A stretch of 60,817 bases of DNA from an uncultured bacterium. Lineage in GTDB: Bacteria > Hinthialibacterota > Hinthialibacteria > Hinthialibacterales > Hinthialibacteraceae. The stretch lies in contig CAYVAZ010000001.1 in the NCBI GenBank assembly GCA_964449065.1, positions 1 through 60,817 of the forward strand, given 5' to 3'. The notes below the pieces were generated by a model that saw nothing but the letters and a program-made list of their open reading frames with translations, did not search any database and was not told where the DNA came from. A program made the position numbers and the translations under genes. Positions 17,860 through 26,543 of the stretch are shown here, one piece after another (positions within the stretch are counted from its first letter, which is position 1; every line of letters begins with the position of its first letter).

Positions 17860-18094
17860 CGATTTAATCCTTTCGCTTTATTCCTTCACCAATTATAGAG
17901 GGAATGTAACGAATGAAACAGCGAAAGAATCTAAGCCAGACAAAGTTATGGGCCGGATGATGACTTTCAGGTAGATGAAGAAAACCGTTTCCTGTTGAGA
18001 TTGTAGAGTAAGCGGCGATAACCCTAATCGAAAGAATATCTTAGCGGTTTTCGTACTGAGCAATTCTAATAAGAATTGATATCATTTCCTCGAC

Positions 18095-18195
18095 TCCATC
18101 CCCCCAGAGCGGTCAACTTCAGTCGGCTTTAGCCGGTGGTGGACTTTTAGCCCGCGATCGAAGCCGCCCCTTACAAGCGGAGGCGGTTTGCTCAG
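18095..18195 (+). repeat. Degenerate repeat/hairpin module related to the dispersed element
   Basis: GCGATCGAAGCCGCCCCTTACAAGCGGAGGCGG has the same CGATCG..CC-CTTACAAG-GG architecture. CAGTCGGCTTTAGCCGGTGG resembles the GGCTTCCAGYCGGTA module at 51980 and 53015. Confidence 0.4.
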
Positions 18196-18309
18196 ATGAA
18201 ATTACAATAGTATCGTTATAAAAGCAATTGGCGATTTATTTTTTTGATCTCGTGGCTATGATAATGAGAATCATTCATCTTGAACCGAAAAAACGTTTGG
18301 CGATACATC

Positions 18310-18762
18310 ATGAACCTATTGGACTTTATTTCACCGCATACCATCAAAGTTCCACTCGAAAGCAAGAACAAGGAAGATGTGATTTCGGAATTATTGGATA
18401 TATTGGTTACCGTTAAAACCGTTCCGCATCGAAGTTCCATCCTGGAGGCATTGACGGAACGGGAAGAAGCCGGAAGCACCGGTATTGGTCACGGTGTCGC
18501 GCTTCCGCATGCCCGCTGTGCCGAAGTCAAGGAGATTTACATCGCTTGTGGAGTGGCCCCAGATGGAATTGATTTCGATGCCCTGGACCGCGAACCGGTG
18601 TATATCTTCTTCATGATATTGGCACCGCGTTCCGCCCCCGGCCACTTAAAGATCATGTCGATGTTAACCCGTATGCTGAGCAAATCATCGATACGGGATA
18701 AACTGCAAAATGCCCATTCAGCAGATGATGTATACAATATACTTAGCGAATTGAGTGATTAA
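18310..18762 (+). CDS. ptsN: PTS EIIA-Ntr (nitrogen regulatory IIA protein)
   Basis: MNLLDFISP..I...ESKNKEDVISELLD...GIGHGVALPHARC (phosphorylatable His context) is the EIIA fructose/mannitol-type fold pattern. Confidence 0.88.
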   Translation: MNLLDFISPHTIKVPLESKNKEDVISELLDILVTVKTVPHRSSILEALTEREEAGSTGIGHGVALPHARCAEVKEIYIACGVAPDGIDFDALDREPVYIFFMILAPRSAPGHLKIMSMLTRMLSKSSIRDKLQNAHSADDVYNILSELSD

Positions 18763-18835
18763 TTAGACGGGTTTATCAACCAAAAAGGATAAACCAACGA
18801 CCGCCAATGAACAGAAACGGGTATCACAAAAACTT

Positions 18836-19792
18836 ATGAGTTCAACGAAAGTTTTGCAGCCGGAATCTTTTCCGGTACACCGATTATTGGAATACAAAGA
18901 TCTCGATCTGGAAGTCTTCGCGGGCCACGCGGGTTTGGAACGGACCATTCCGCGCCCGGATGTGAATCGGCCTGCCGTCGAATTGGCTGGATTTTTTGAA
19001 CGGTGGCAGCCGGAACGCGTGCAAATTTTAGGCACGGGAGAAATGGCCTATATCGAAAGCCGCCTTACCGATGATTCGATGAACATTAACTTAGACCGCA
19101 TTTTTTCATACCGGCCTCCCTGTGTGATTGTGACCCGCGGCATGAAAATCTTTGATGTCATGAAAGAATACGCAGAAAAGCATTCCGTCGCTTTGCTGCG
19201 ATCCACCCATGTTACAACCCGCTTAATCAAATCGTTGTGGGATCATTTGGAATTGGAATTAAGCCCGTTCACCGTCGTTCGCGGCGTCTTGATGGATGTG
19301 TTCAATGTTGGTGTACTGATTACCGGCGCCAGTTCCATTGGCAAAAGCGAGACCGCGCTTGAACTTCTTTCCAAAGGCCATACGTTTGTCGCCGATGATT
19401 TAGTAAAAATTCGGTGCGTCCAGCTCTCCCGTTTAATTGGTACCGGCCGCAATCCGGTACCTTTTCATATGGAATGCAGAGGCATCGGTATCATTGACGT
19501 CAGCCGTATGTATGGCCCGCGCTGTATCCGCCAGCAAAAACAAGTGGATCTCGTGATTGAATTGGAAGATTGGGACGCGGAAAAAGACTATGAACGATTG
19601 GGCATAGAAAACCGGTCGGTCACCATATTGGGGACCCAACTGCCGCTGTATTCCATTCCTGTCAAACCGGGCAGGAATATCGGAACCATCGTTGAAGTGG
19701 CGGTGTTGGACAATAAGTTAAAACAAAACGGCGTACACATGGCGAAAGAATACGATGAAAAACTCATCCAAGCGATGAAGCATCGTAAATAA
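18836..19792 (+). CDS. hprK: HPr kinase/phosphorylase
   Basis: GVLITGASSIGKSETALELLSKGHTFVADD Walker A/HprK signature, 318 aa. Confidence 0.92.
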   Translation: MSSTKVLQPESFPVHRLLEYKDLDLEVFAGHAGLERTIPRPDVNRPAVELAGFFERWQPERVQILGTGEMAYIESRLTDDSMNINLDRIFSYRPPCVIVTRGMKIFDVMKEYAEKHSVALLRSTHVTTRLIKSLWDHLELELSPFTVVRGVLMDVFNVGVLITGASSIGKSETALELLSKGHTFVADDLVKIRCVQLSRLIGTGRNPVPFHMECRGIGIIDVSRMYGPRCIRQQKQVDLVIELEDWDAEKDYERLGIENRSVTILGTQLPLYSIPVKPGRNIGTIVEVAVLDNKLKQNGVHMAKEYDEKLIQAMKHRK

Positions 19793-19820
19793 TCGGATGA
19801 CAAGTGATAACTGAATCATC

Positions 19821-20102
19821 ATGCCAGAACACAACGAAGTCATAGAAACTTTTACCATCCTCAATGAACTGGGGCTTCATGCCAGGCCGGCCATGTTGTT
19901 GGTTCAATCCATTACCCGGCTGAGTTGCGATGTCACGGTGGAAAAAGATGGTGTGCAGGCGGATGCCAAAAGCATTATGGGCGTGTTGACCCTGGCGGCG
20001 GAACAAGGCAGTGAAGTGAAAGTCATCGCCGAAGGTGAAGACGCACAACAAGCTATCGAAGCGATAGGAAAATTGATTCATGATAAGTTTGGGGAAGATT
20101 AA
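19821..20102 (+). CDS. ptsH: Phosphocarrier protein HPr/NPr
   Basis: NELGLHARPA (His15 site) and ADAKSIMGVLTL (Ser46 site), 93 aa. Confidence 0.92.
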   Translation: MPEHNEVIETFTILNELGLHARPAMLLVQSITRLSCDVTVEKDGVQADAKSIMGVLTLAAEQGSEVKVIAEGEDAQQAIEAIGKLIHDKFGED

Positions 20103-21885
20103 GCTGCGGGGCATTGGCGTTTCGAACGGTATCGCCATCGGCCCGGCCCGTTTGTTTCAATTTGCCACATCGTTGGATGTGGAAGAAACCTATATTTCCG
20201 AAACGCAAATCGAGACCGAATTAACCCGGTTGAATCAAGCCATCGAACAAACTCGCCAAATGCTGCAGCAATTGGGAGAGCGCATCAATCAGCGTGGCGA
20301 AGACAAAGCGCTCAGCGAAGTGCTTTCCATGCACATGCTTCTTCTCGAAGACCGGATGGTCTTGGATAAAACCCAGCAATTCATTCGGGAAAACAACTAC
20401 TCGGCAGAATATGCCTTATCGCAAACCGTCAAGGAAGTCAAAGAAAAATACTCCTCTCTTCCCGATTTGTTTCGCGAACGCTTTAAAGATGTCGAAGATA
20501 TTTGCCGCCGCATTTTGGATAATCTCCTCGGCAAAGAAACGCAAAGTTTAGAGGACATCGAAACTCAATGTGTCATCATCAGCAAGGATTTATCCCCTAC
20601 CCACACCGCTTCGCTGCGGTCGGATAAAGTGTTGGGATTTGTGACGGAAGTGGGCGGGAAAACATCCCACACCGCTATTTTGGCCCGTGCGCTCGAAATT
20701 CCGGCCGTGGTGGGGGTTGCCCATTTAACCCGGTTTATTCGACCCAGTGATACCATCATTGTCGATGGCTCTTCCGGCATGGTTGTGATCAATCCTCTCG
20801 ATGAAGACTTAAAAGAATACCGCAAACTGCAAGCCCGCTTCAAAGCCCGCCAAAATAAATTATTCGGCATCTCCGAATTGGATTCCATCACCTTAGACGG
20901 CCACCGAATCGACTTAGCCGCCAATATCGAATTTCCCGAAGAATTAGATTTTGTTCACAAATATGCTGCCCATGGTGTTGGACTTTACCGTACCGAATTT
21001 TTGTTTTTGAACAAACGCTTTTTACCGTCTGAAGAAGAACAATATGAACATTACTCAACGATCGCCAATGCCTTAGCTCCTCAACCCGTCATCATTCGGA
21101 CATTGGATTTGGGCGGCGATAAATTCGCGGACGCCTTTGATCATGAAAAAGAACTAAACCCCTATCTAGGCTGCCGCGCCATCCGCTTTTGCCTGCACAA
21201 TCCGGAAATTTTTCATACCCAATTGCGTGCCATTTTGCGTGCCAGCACCCAAGGCAATATCAAAATTATGTATCCGCTGATTTCCAGTTGTACCGAACTT
21301 AAAGAAGCCAATGCGTTTTTGGAAAATGTCAAACAAAAGTTAAAAGACGAAGGCATCGCGTTTGATCCAAACATTCAAACCGGGGCGATGATCGAAGTCC
21401 CTTCCGCTGTTTTGCTTGCAAAAGATATGGCCGATCAACTCTCGTTTTATAGCATCGGTACCAACGACCTCATTCAATACACATTGGCGGTAGACCGGGG
21501 CAACGAAAAAATATCCGATTTGTATCAACCTCTTCATCCCGCCGTACTGCGCATGATTCACATGGTCGTGCAAGCCGGACAAGAATCCAGTCATCCGGTC
21601 AGTGTCTGCGGCGAAATGGCGGGTGATCCTCTCAGCGCGGTCGTTCTCTTATCACTAGGAGTCGAACGGCTTTCCATGTCTCCTCCGGTGTTACCGGCAG
21701 TAAAAGAAGTGATTCGCGCGGTAAAATTGGATCAATTGCGCGAGTTTGGTTCAAAACTACTTGGTCTTAACACCAGTGAAGAAGTCCGCGGTATCATCCA
21801 AGATGCATTGCCCAATCTTTTGCAGGAACGAGATGAATTCATTGAGCAACTTGCGCCCATTGCCTTGCCTCAAAAAAACGGGTAA
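20080..21885 (+). CDS. ptsI: Phosphoenolpyruvate-protein phosphotransferase (Enzyme I)
   Basis: GGKTSHTAILARALEIPAVVG phospho-His motif, GLYRTEFLF, and SIGTNDLIQYTLAVDR in the C-terminal PEP-utilising domain. Confidence 0.93.
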   Translation: MISLGKIKLRGIGVSNGIAIGPARLFQFATSLDVEETYISETQIETELTRLNQAIEQTRQMLQQLGERINQRGEDKALSEVLSMHMLLLEDRMVLDKTQQFIRENNYSAEYALSQTVKEVKEKYSSLPDLFRERFKDVEDICRRILDNLLGKETQSLEDIETQCVIISKDLSPTHTASLRSDKVLGFVTEVGGKTSHTAILARALEIPAVVGVAHLTRFIRPSDTIIVDGSSGMVVINPLDEDLKEYRKLQARFKARQNKLFGISELDSITLDGHRIDLAANIEFPEELDFVHKYAAHGVGLYRTEFLFLNKRFLPSEEEQYEHYSTIANALAPQPVIIRTLDLGGDKFADAFDHEKELNPYLGCRAIRFCLHNPEIFHTQLRAILRASTQGNIKIMYPLISSCTELKEANAFLENVKQKLKDEGIAFDPNIQTGAMIEVPSAVLLAKDMADQLSFYSIGTNDLIQYTLAVDRGNEKISDLYQPLHPAVLRMIHMVVQAGQESSHPVSVCGEMAGDPLSAVVLLSLGVERLSMSPPVLPAVKEVIRAVKLDQLREFGSKLLGLNTSEEVRGIIQDALPNLLQERDEFIEQLAPIALPQKNG

Positions 21886-22171
21886 AGAGATCGTATGGTT
21901 TGTCCGTGTTTCCCCCAATGCCAAAACGACTCAAATCATGGGGCTGCAAGGAATAGAATTAAAGGTGGCAGTAAACGCGGCACCCGCCGATGGTGCCGCC
22001 AACAAAGAACTCATTCGCTTTTTAGCCAAAACGGTCAAACTTTCAAAACGCCAAATCGAAATCCGCAAAGGACACACGTCCCGCAATAAACAACTACTCA
22101 TCCATGATGTTGAATGGGAAGATCTTCAAGATTTATTGCATGATGCTCTACAGCGTATTAGAATTGCATAG
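21833..22171 (+). CDS. yggU: DUF167/YggU family protein
   Basis: VRVSPNAKTTQI.G..G.ELKVAVNAAPADGAANKELIRFLAK....KRQIEIRKGHTSRNK is typical YggU. Start uncertain (ATG 21833 or TTG 21860); overlaps the ptsI end. Confidence 0.8.
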   Translation: MNSLSNLRPLPCLKKTGKEIVWFVRVSPNAKTTQIMGLQGIELKVAVNAAPADGAANKELIRFLAKTVKLSKRQIEIRKGHTSRNKQLLIHDVEWEDLQDLLHDALQRIRIA

Positions 22172-22408
22172 CAGGGGTGCATCGGCTTTCAGCCGGTACA
22201 TGGATGTGTATTGCGATTTCTACACATACTGGAATTTCTCTAAACAAATATCTGTGCGGATGGAAAAAGGGCAGCAATGCAACGCATGGTAAAATCCCGT
22301 TCACTTTCAATTTTAAAACCGGGTAATACCAAGTGGCAAATAGAAAGTAAGGTATGATTTAGAAACGTAAAGTAATTTCATCCCCTTCAAATACTAGAGT
22401 ATTTCAGG

Positions 22409-22449
22409 TTTGCGTAGACGTTGTGTAGGGGCACATTGCAATGTGCCCC
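22409..22449. repeat. Perfect 22-nt palindrome preceded by a TTGCGTAG module
   Basis: GGGGCACATTGCAATGTGCCCC (22428-22449) is fully self-complementary. The upstream TTTGCGTAGACGTTGTG resembles the TTTGCGTAGTTGRAAGCGTG module of the dispersed repeat. Confidence 0.7.
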
Positions 22450-22530
22450 AACGGCAAATGCAATACCAATTCTCTATCTATTCAACCTTGAATTGCTTTC
22501 GGATGAGGGATGGGCCGGTTTTCTGTGCAA

Positions 22531-22560
22531 GAAAAAAGCCAGCCCGGTGTGGGCTGGCGC
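22531..22560 (-). terminator. Rho-independent terminator of 22612..24144
   Basis: The minus strand reads GCCAGCCC-acacc-GGGCTGGC followed by T6. Confidence 0.8.
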
Positions 22561-22611
22561 AGAGCCAAAACATGGAGACAAACGTTTTGTTTGACTGGTT
22601 TAGTATTTACT

Positions 22612-24144
22612 TTAGTTATTCACGCTTGTGGAAGAATCATTCGCCATGATGTCTTCAATAGGAGCGTGGGTAATCTCCGTTAGCTTTTCCGTCAAGCTGG
22701 AGATTTGCTCCTTGATGGAATCGACCTGTTGTTGAGTGTTTTGAACCGAGTTGGCCAATTCCTGCAAGATCGAATCCAAGGCCTTAATGGTTTCGCTTGA
22801 TTCAGGATTCTCGCTTAATTTGTTTAGCGTATTTTTGGCTTTGTTCAGCCCGTCTGCAATGTTGGCCGGGAAGTTGCCGACGTCTTCCGTTATGGCTTTC
22901 AAGTTTTTCAGCAATTCTTGGTGCTTGGCGTCGGTTTGGGTCAGTTGGGCTTCTTCGATCCGGTTGCTGACCGCGTCCAATTTATTGCTCAATCCGGTTT
23001 CGATGGAACGAAGTTCTTCCTGAATGCCGTTGAACTGGGTTTCGATTTGAGCGATTTGGCTTTCGGTCACTTTTTGGTTGGCGGTTTCAAAGCTTTGAGC
23101 CAATTCTTGCAGATTTTTCAACGACGTTTGGGTTTCGCCGTTTTCGACCAATAAGTCGCTGGTGCGGACATCCATAATGTTGCGGACATCGGTGAGTTCG
23201 GAATAAATCACTTCGTTGTTGAATTCATTGGTGGATTGACCCAAAGCGATGGAATCGGAAAGATCGGCAATCCGGTTTTGCAAGCCGGTGATGGAATTGC
23301 TGAGATCGTTCGCGCTATTTGCGATGGATTCATGTACTTGTTTTGCCGTGGTTTCTGCGGATTTTGTGCTGGTTTCGTTCAAAGCCGCAATTTGATGGGA
23401 TACTTCGTTCATGGATTTTGCCGAACTTTCACGGATGGCGGTTAATTCGATCGATAACTCATTGGACTGTTTTGTGAATTGGGCGGCGATCAATTCGTTT
23501 TGCTGCTCAACCAAGTCGGTTAAGTTGACCAATCCGCTTTTGAGATTGGCGTTAATGTCGTTCAACTGCTTGGTGAGTTTGGCGATTTGAACATCCATCT
23601 CGCTGGACTGTTGTTTGGATTCCAACACAATGGTCTTGGTTTGGACTACTTCCTTTGCCAATGCTTCGATCGCGGATTGAATTCCGTTGCTTTGTTCTTC
23701 GGTCAATACGCCTAGTTTTTCGAGTTTTGCTTTCAAGAATTCCGCTTGGCTTTTTTCTTTGGCTTCAACTGCTGTGGCGAGTTGCTTGGTTTGGGTGGAG
23801 AAGGTTTGCACGGATTCATTGATCATTTGCGATACTTCGTCCATGACGTTGGACATGGATTGCGCAATCGCGGCGGATTCGGCCCGGTTGGTTAAGATTT
23901 CTTTTTGCGTCAATTTGGATTGTTCGTAGGCTTGCTGGGAGATGGCGCCGGTTTGGGCGACGACTTTTTCTTCCAACGATTCCAAACGTTTTTCTAAATA
24001 GGCCCCTGCTACCCCAAAGGCGGCAACGAGAGTTAATACCAGCCACAATACGGTCCAGGTAGAAGAATCGTAATTTTTGGTGGGGATCGGATTTTGATCC
24101 TGGGTTGTGTTTTGTTTTTGAGTGGGTTGGATATGATCACTCAT
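22612..24144 (-). CDS. Membrane-anchored long coiled-coil protein
   Basis: N-terminal TM segment WTVLWLVLTLVAAFGVAGAYL followed by about 450 aa of heptad-like Q/E/L/S-rich sequence. No catalytic motif recognised. Confidence 0.7.
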   Translation of the reverse strand: MSDHIQPTQKQNTTQDQNPIPTKNYDSSTWTVLWLVLTLVAAFGVAGAYLEKRLESLEEKVVAQTGAISQQAYEQSKLTQKEILTNRAESAAIAQSMSNVMDEVSQMINESVQTFSTQTKQLATAVEAKEKSQAEFLKAKLEKLGVLTEEQSNGIQSAIEALAKEVVQTKTIVLESKQQSSEMDVQIAKLTKQLNDINANLKSGLVNLTDLVEQQNELIAAQFTKQSNELSIELTAIRESSAKSMNEVSHQIAALNETSTKSAETTAKQVHESIANSANDLSNSITGLQNRIADLSDSIALGQSTNEFNNEVIYSELTDVRNIMDVRTSDLLVENGETQTSLKNLQELAQSFETANQKVTESQIAQIETQFNGIQEELRSIETGLSNKLDAVSNRIEEAQLTQTDAKHQELLKNLKAITEDVGNFPANIADGLNKAKNTLNKLSENPESSETIKALDSILQELANSVQNTQQQVDSIKEQISSLTEKLTEITHAPIEDIMANDSSTSVNN

Positions 24145-24296
24145 GGTAAGACTCCTTTCACGGTGAGTTCGTCTTATGCCATTCGTGATTGCAGGTAAAA
24201 GTGAGAATTCCGTTTTACAGAGTAACCGGATAATACTCCATACGTATTACCAAAGTAACAAACTGCAATCCCTCAACCGAATAGACATGAAGTTAT

Positions 24297-24323
24297 ATTA
24301 TAGTAAATGTAACTTCATGTCAA
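24297..24323 (-). promoter_or_regulatory. Sigma70-type promoter for 22612..24144, embedded in a 12-bp perfect inverted repeat
   Basis: The minus strand reads TTGACA-N15-TATAAT (24323-24318 and 24302-24297). Arms GACATGAAGTTA (24284-24295) and TAACTTCATGTC (24310-24321) span it. The 15-nt spacer is shorter than optimal. Confidence 0.5.
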
Positions 24324-24466
24324 GCGGTTTTTTTGAAATATATAATCCTTACAGGACTTTAACAAAATAGTGATTTTTTGAGAATAAGAGTTGTATTTAT
24401 TGCCAAACAATTTATAGTACAAATTAAGTTGAATTCGTCACTTCTGAGTAAAGGTTAAAACGATAC

Positions 24467-24811
24467 ATGGCAAGAGGAAAGAAAGGCAAAAAATCGAAGG
24501 CAATCGATGTTGCATCGCAAGAAGCGGTTGAAACCGAATCTTCTTTTAAACGAAAAGAACAACAAAGTTCCCGCCGGTTTCGGTGGTGGGACTATGTTGT
24601 AATTGGTTTGTTTTTCGTGATATTTTGTGAAGTGCAGCAATACTTTGCCGCATGGTTTATCGGCGCGGAAGATAATGTTACCCGTGGAAATGTAGAAATG
24701 GAAGCGCTAAACTTTCTGTATGGCACCATGTGGAAAAGTTTTTTGGTTGTGTTGGTTCTTGTGTGGGCCTATGATTATTTTTATCATGATTCCGAACAAG
24801 ATACAACGTAA
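24467..24811 (+). CDS. Small membrane protein, hypothetical
   Basis: Lys-rich N-terminus followed by two hydrophobic helices (VVIGLFFVIFC, FLVVLVLVWAY). No recognisable family. Confidence 0.5.
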   Translation: MARGKKGKKSKAIDVASQEAVETESSFKRKEQQSSRRFRWWDYVVIGLFFVIFCEVQQYFAAWFIGAEDNVTRGNVEMEALNFLYGTMWKSFLVVLVLVWAYDYFYHDSEQDTT

Positions 24812-24893
24812 GTCTATCTGAATACCGATCCAAATACCGATATTGCCTCTAAAAAGTGCCCCTTTTCCTCCTGCCTAATCGAGAGAATCGATT

Positions 24894-26486
24894 ATGGGAG
24901 ACTTGTCCTATCCGCAATCCATGAAAATTGTGACCGGAAGAACTATGGCTTCTATCGATAAAATATCGTTAGAAGATCGTGGTATTCCCGGAAGCGTTTT
25001 AATGCAAAATGCCGGAGAAGCGATTGCGAAAGATTTACTCACCTGTTTCTCAAATCAACTGCAATATCCAATTATTTTATGCGGTAAAGGCAACAATGGC
25101 GGCGATGGTTTTGTTGTGGCTGCGTATTTGGCTTCCCGCGGCTCGTTTCCTACGATCATACTTTTATGTAAATCTTCAGACTTAAAAGGCGATGCGCTTC
25201 ATCATTTTCGGCGTGCGCAAAAGCAATGCGTCAAGGTAATTGAGTGTACGGATGAAGCATCATTGGTTCAAGCGGTAAACGATACGAAATCAACTTTTTA
25301 TATTGATGCATTGCTGGGCACCGGTGTCAAAGGTGCCCCACGGGGATTGTTCGCCCCTGCGATTGAAGAATTGAATACATTCGAAAATCGAATCCCTATT
25401 GTTTCCATTGATATTCCATCCGGCGTGAATTCGGATACCGGAGAAGTCAAGGGAGAAGCCGTATTTGCTGATTATGTTTATACGATGGGGCTACCTAAAG
25501 TAGGACATGCGGTGCCGCCGGGTTTAGATCATTGTAAGCAATTGAAAGTTTTGGATATAGGGTTTCCCTATGATTTATTGGATGATGCCGGGTCTGAAGC
25601 ATTTTGGCTAACCCCTCATCAAATCAACAGATGGCTGCCCAAGCGGGGCATATCCGCCCATAAAGGAACGGAAGGGCATTTGCTGGTCATTGCCGGTTCA
25701 CGAAACATGCCGGGTGCTGCTTTGATGTGTGCAAATGCGGCTGTGCAAACCGGCGCCGGGTTGGTAACGTTAGCCTGTCCAAAGTCTATACATTCTATCA
25801 TCGCCCAACAGGTTTGGGAAAAGATGACGTTTCCAGCAGCGGAGACAGAAGAAGGATCGTTTCATCCAAAAGCATTTGAAGAAATCTTTCAAGGTGATTT
25901 ACCTTACACATCTGTTTTGATTGGCCCTGGACTGGGCAGACATCCGGATACAGCGCGATTTGTGAACCAAGTATTGGATAAAATTGACCTTCCGATACTG
26001 ATTGATGGGGATGGTTTAAATGCTGTATCAATTGAAACATTGGATAAAAAGTCATCTCCATGGATTATAACTCCTCATCCGGGAGAGATGGCGAAATTGA
26101 TGGGGACAAATTCATCAGAGATACAAAAAAACCGGTGGAATTTTGCGAAGAAAGCAACGGAAAGCAATGATGGAGTTTGCGTATTAAAAGGCCCCAAAAC
26201 AGTTATATCATGTAAAGATAACATTCTTTACATCAATCCAACAGGCAATCCGGCTATGGCATCCGGGGGAATGGGGGATATATTGTCTGGTATAATCGCG
26301 GGGTTATTCACACGTGGATTATCACCATTAAAAGCCGCGTGTTGCGGCAGTTTTATCCACGGATTTGCGGCAGATCTTTTAGTAAAAGAAACACAGGCAG
26401 AATGTATCCGTGCGACGGAAGTTTCCAACTATGTTCAAAAGGCAATCTGCCAAATTCGGCATGAAGCAAGCGGCTTGGCTGCTTGA
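24894..26486 (+). CDS. nnr: Bifunctional NAD(P)H-hydrate repair enzyme (epimerase/ADP-dependent dehydratase)
   Basis: N-terminal YjeF_N (LMQNAGEA..., CGKGNNGGDGFV) and C-terminal carbohydrate-kinase-like domain (GTEGHLLVIAGS..MPGAALM, GNPAMASGGMGDILSG). ATG 24921 is an alternative start. Confidence 0.9.
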   Translation: MGDLSYPQSMKIVTGRTMASIDKISLEDRGIPGSVLMQNAGEAIAKDLLTCFSNQLQYPIILCGKGNNGGDGFVVAAYLASRGSFPTIILLCKSSDLKGDALHHFRRAQKQCVKVIECTDEASLVQAVNDTKSTFYIDALLGTGVKGAPRGLFAPAIEELNTFENRIPIVSIDIPSGVNSDTGEVKGEAVFADYVYTMGLPKVGHAVPPGLDHCKQLKVLDIGFPYDLLDDAGSEAFWLTPHQINRWLPKRGISAHKGTEGHLLVIAGSRNMPGAALMCANAAVQTGAGLVTLACPKSIHSIIAQQVWEKMTFPAAETEEGSFHPKAFEEIFQGDLPYTSVLIGPGLGRHPDTARFVNQVLDKIDLPILIDGDGLNAVSIETLDKKSSPWIITPHPGEMAKLMGTNSSEIQKNRWNFAKKATESNDGVCVLKGPKTVISCKDNILYINPTGNPAMASGGMGDILSGIIAGLFTRGLSPLKAACCGSFIHGFAADLLVKETQAECIRATEVSNYVQKAICQIRHEASGLAA

Positions 26487-26543
26487 TATATATATATATA
26501 TGTTCTTGTTATGCAGGAATGGTAATAGAAAGGGTAAGGTATC

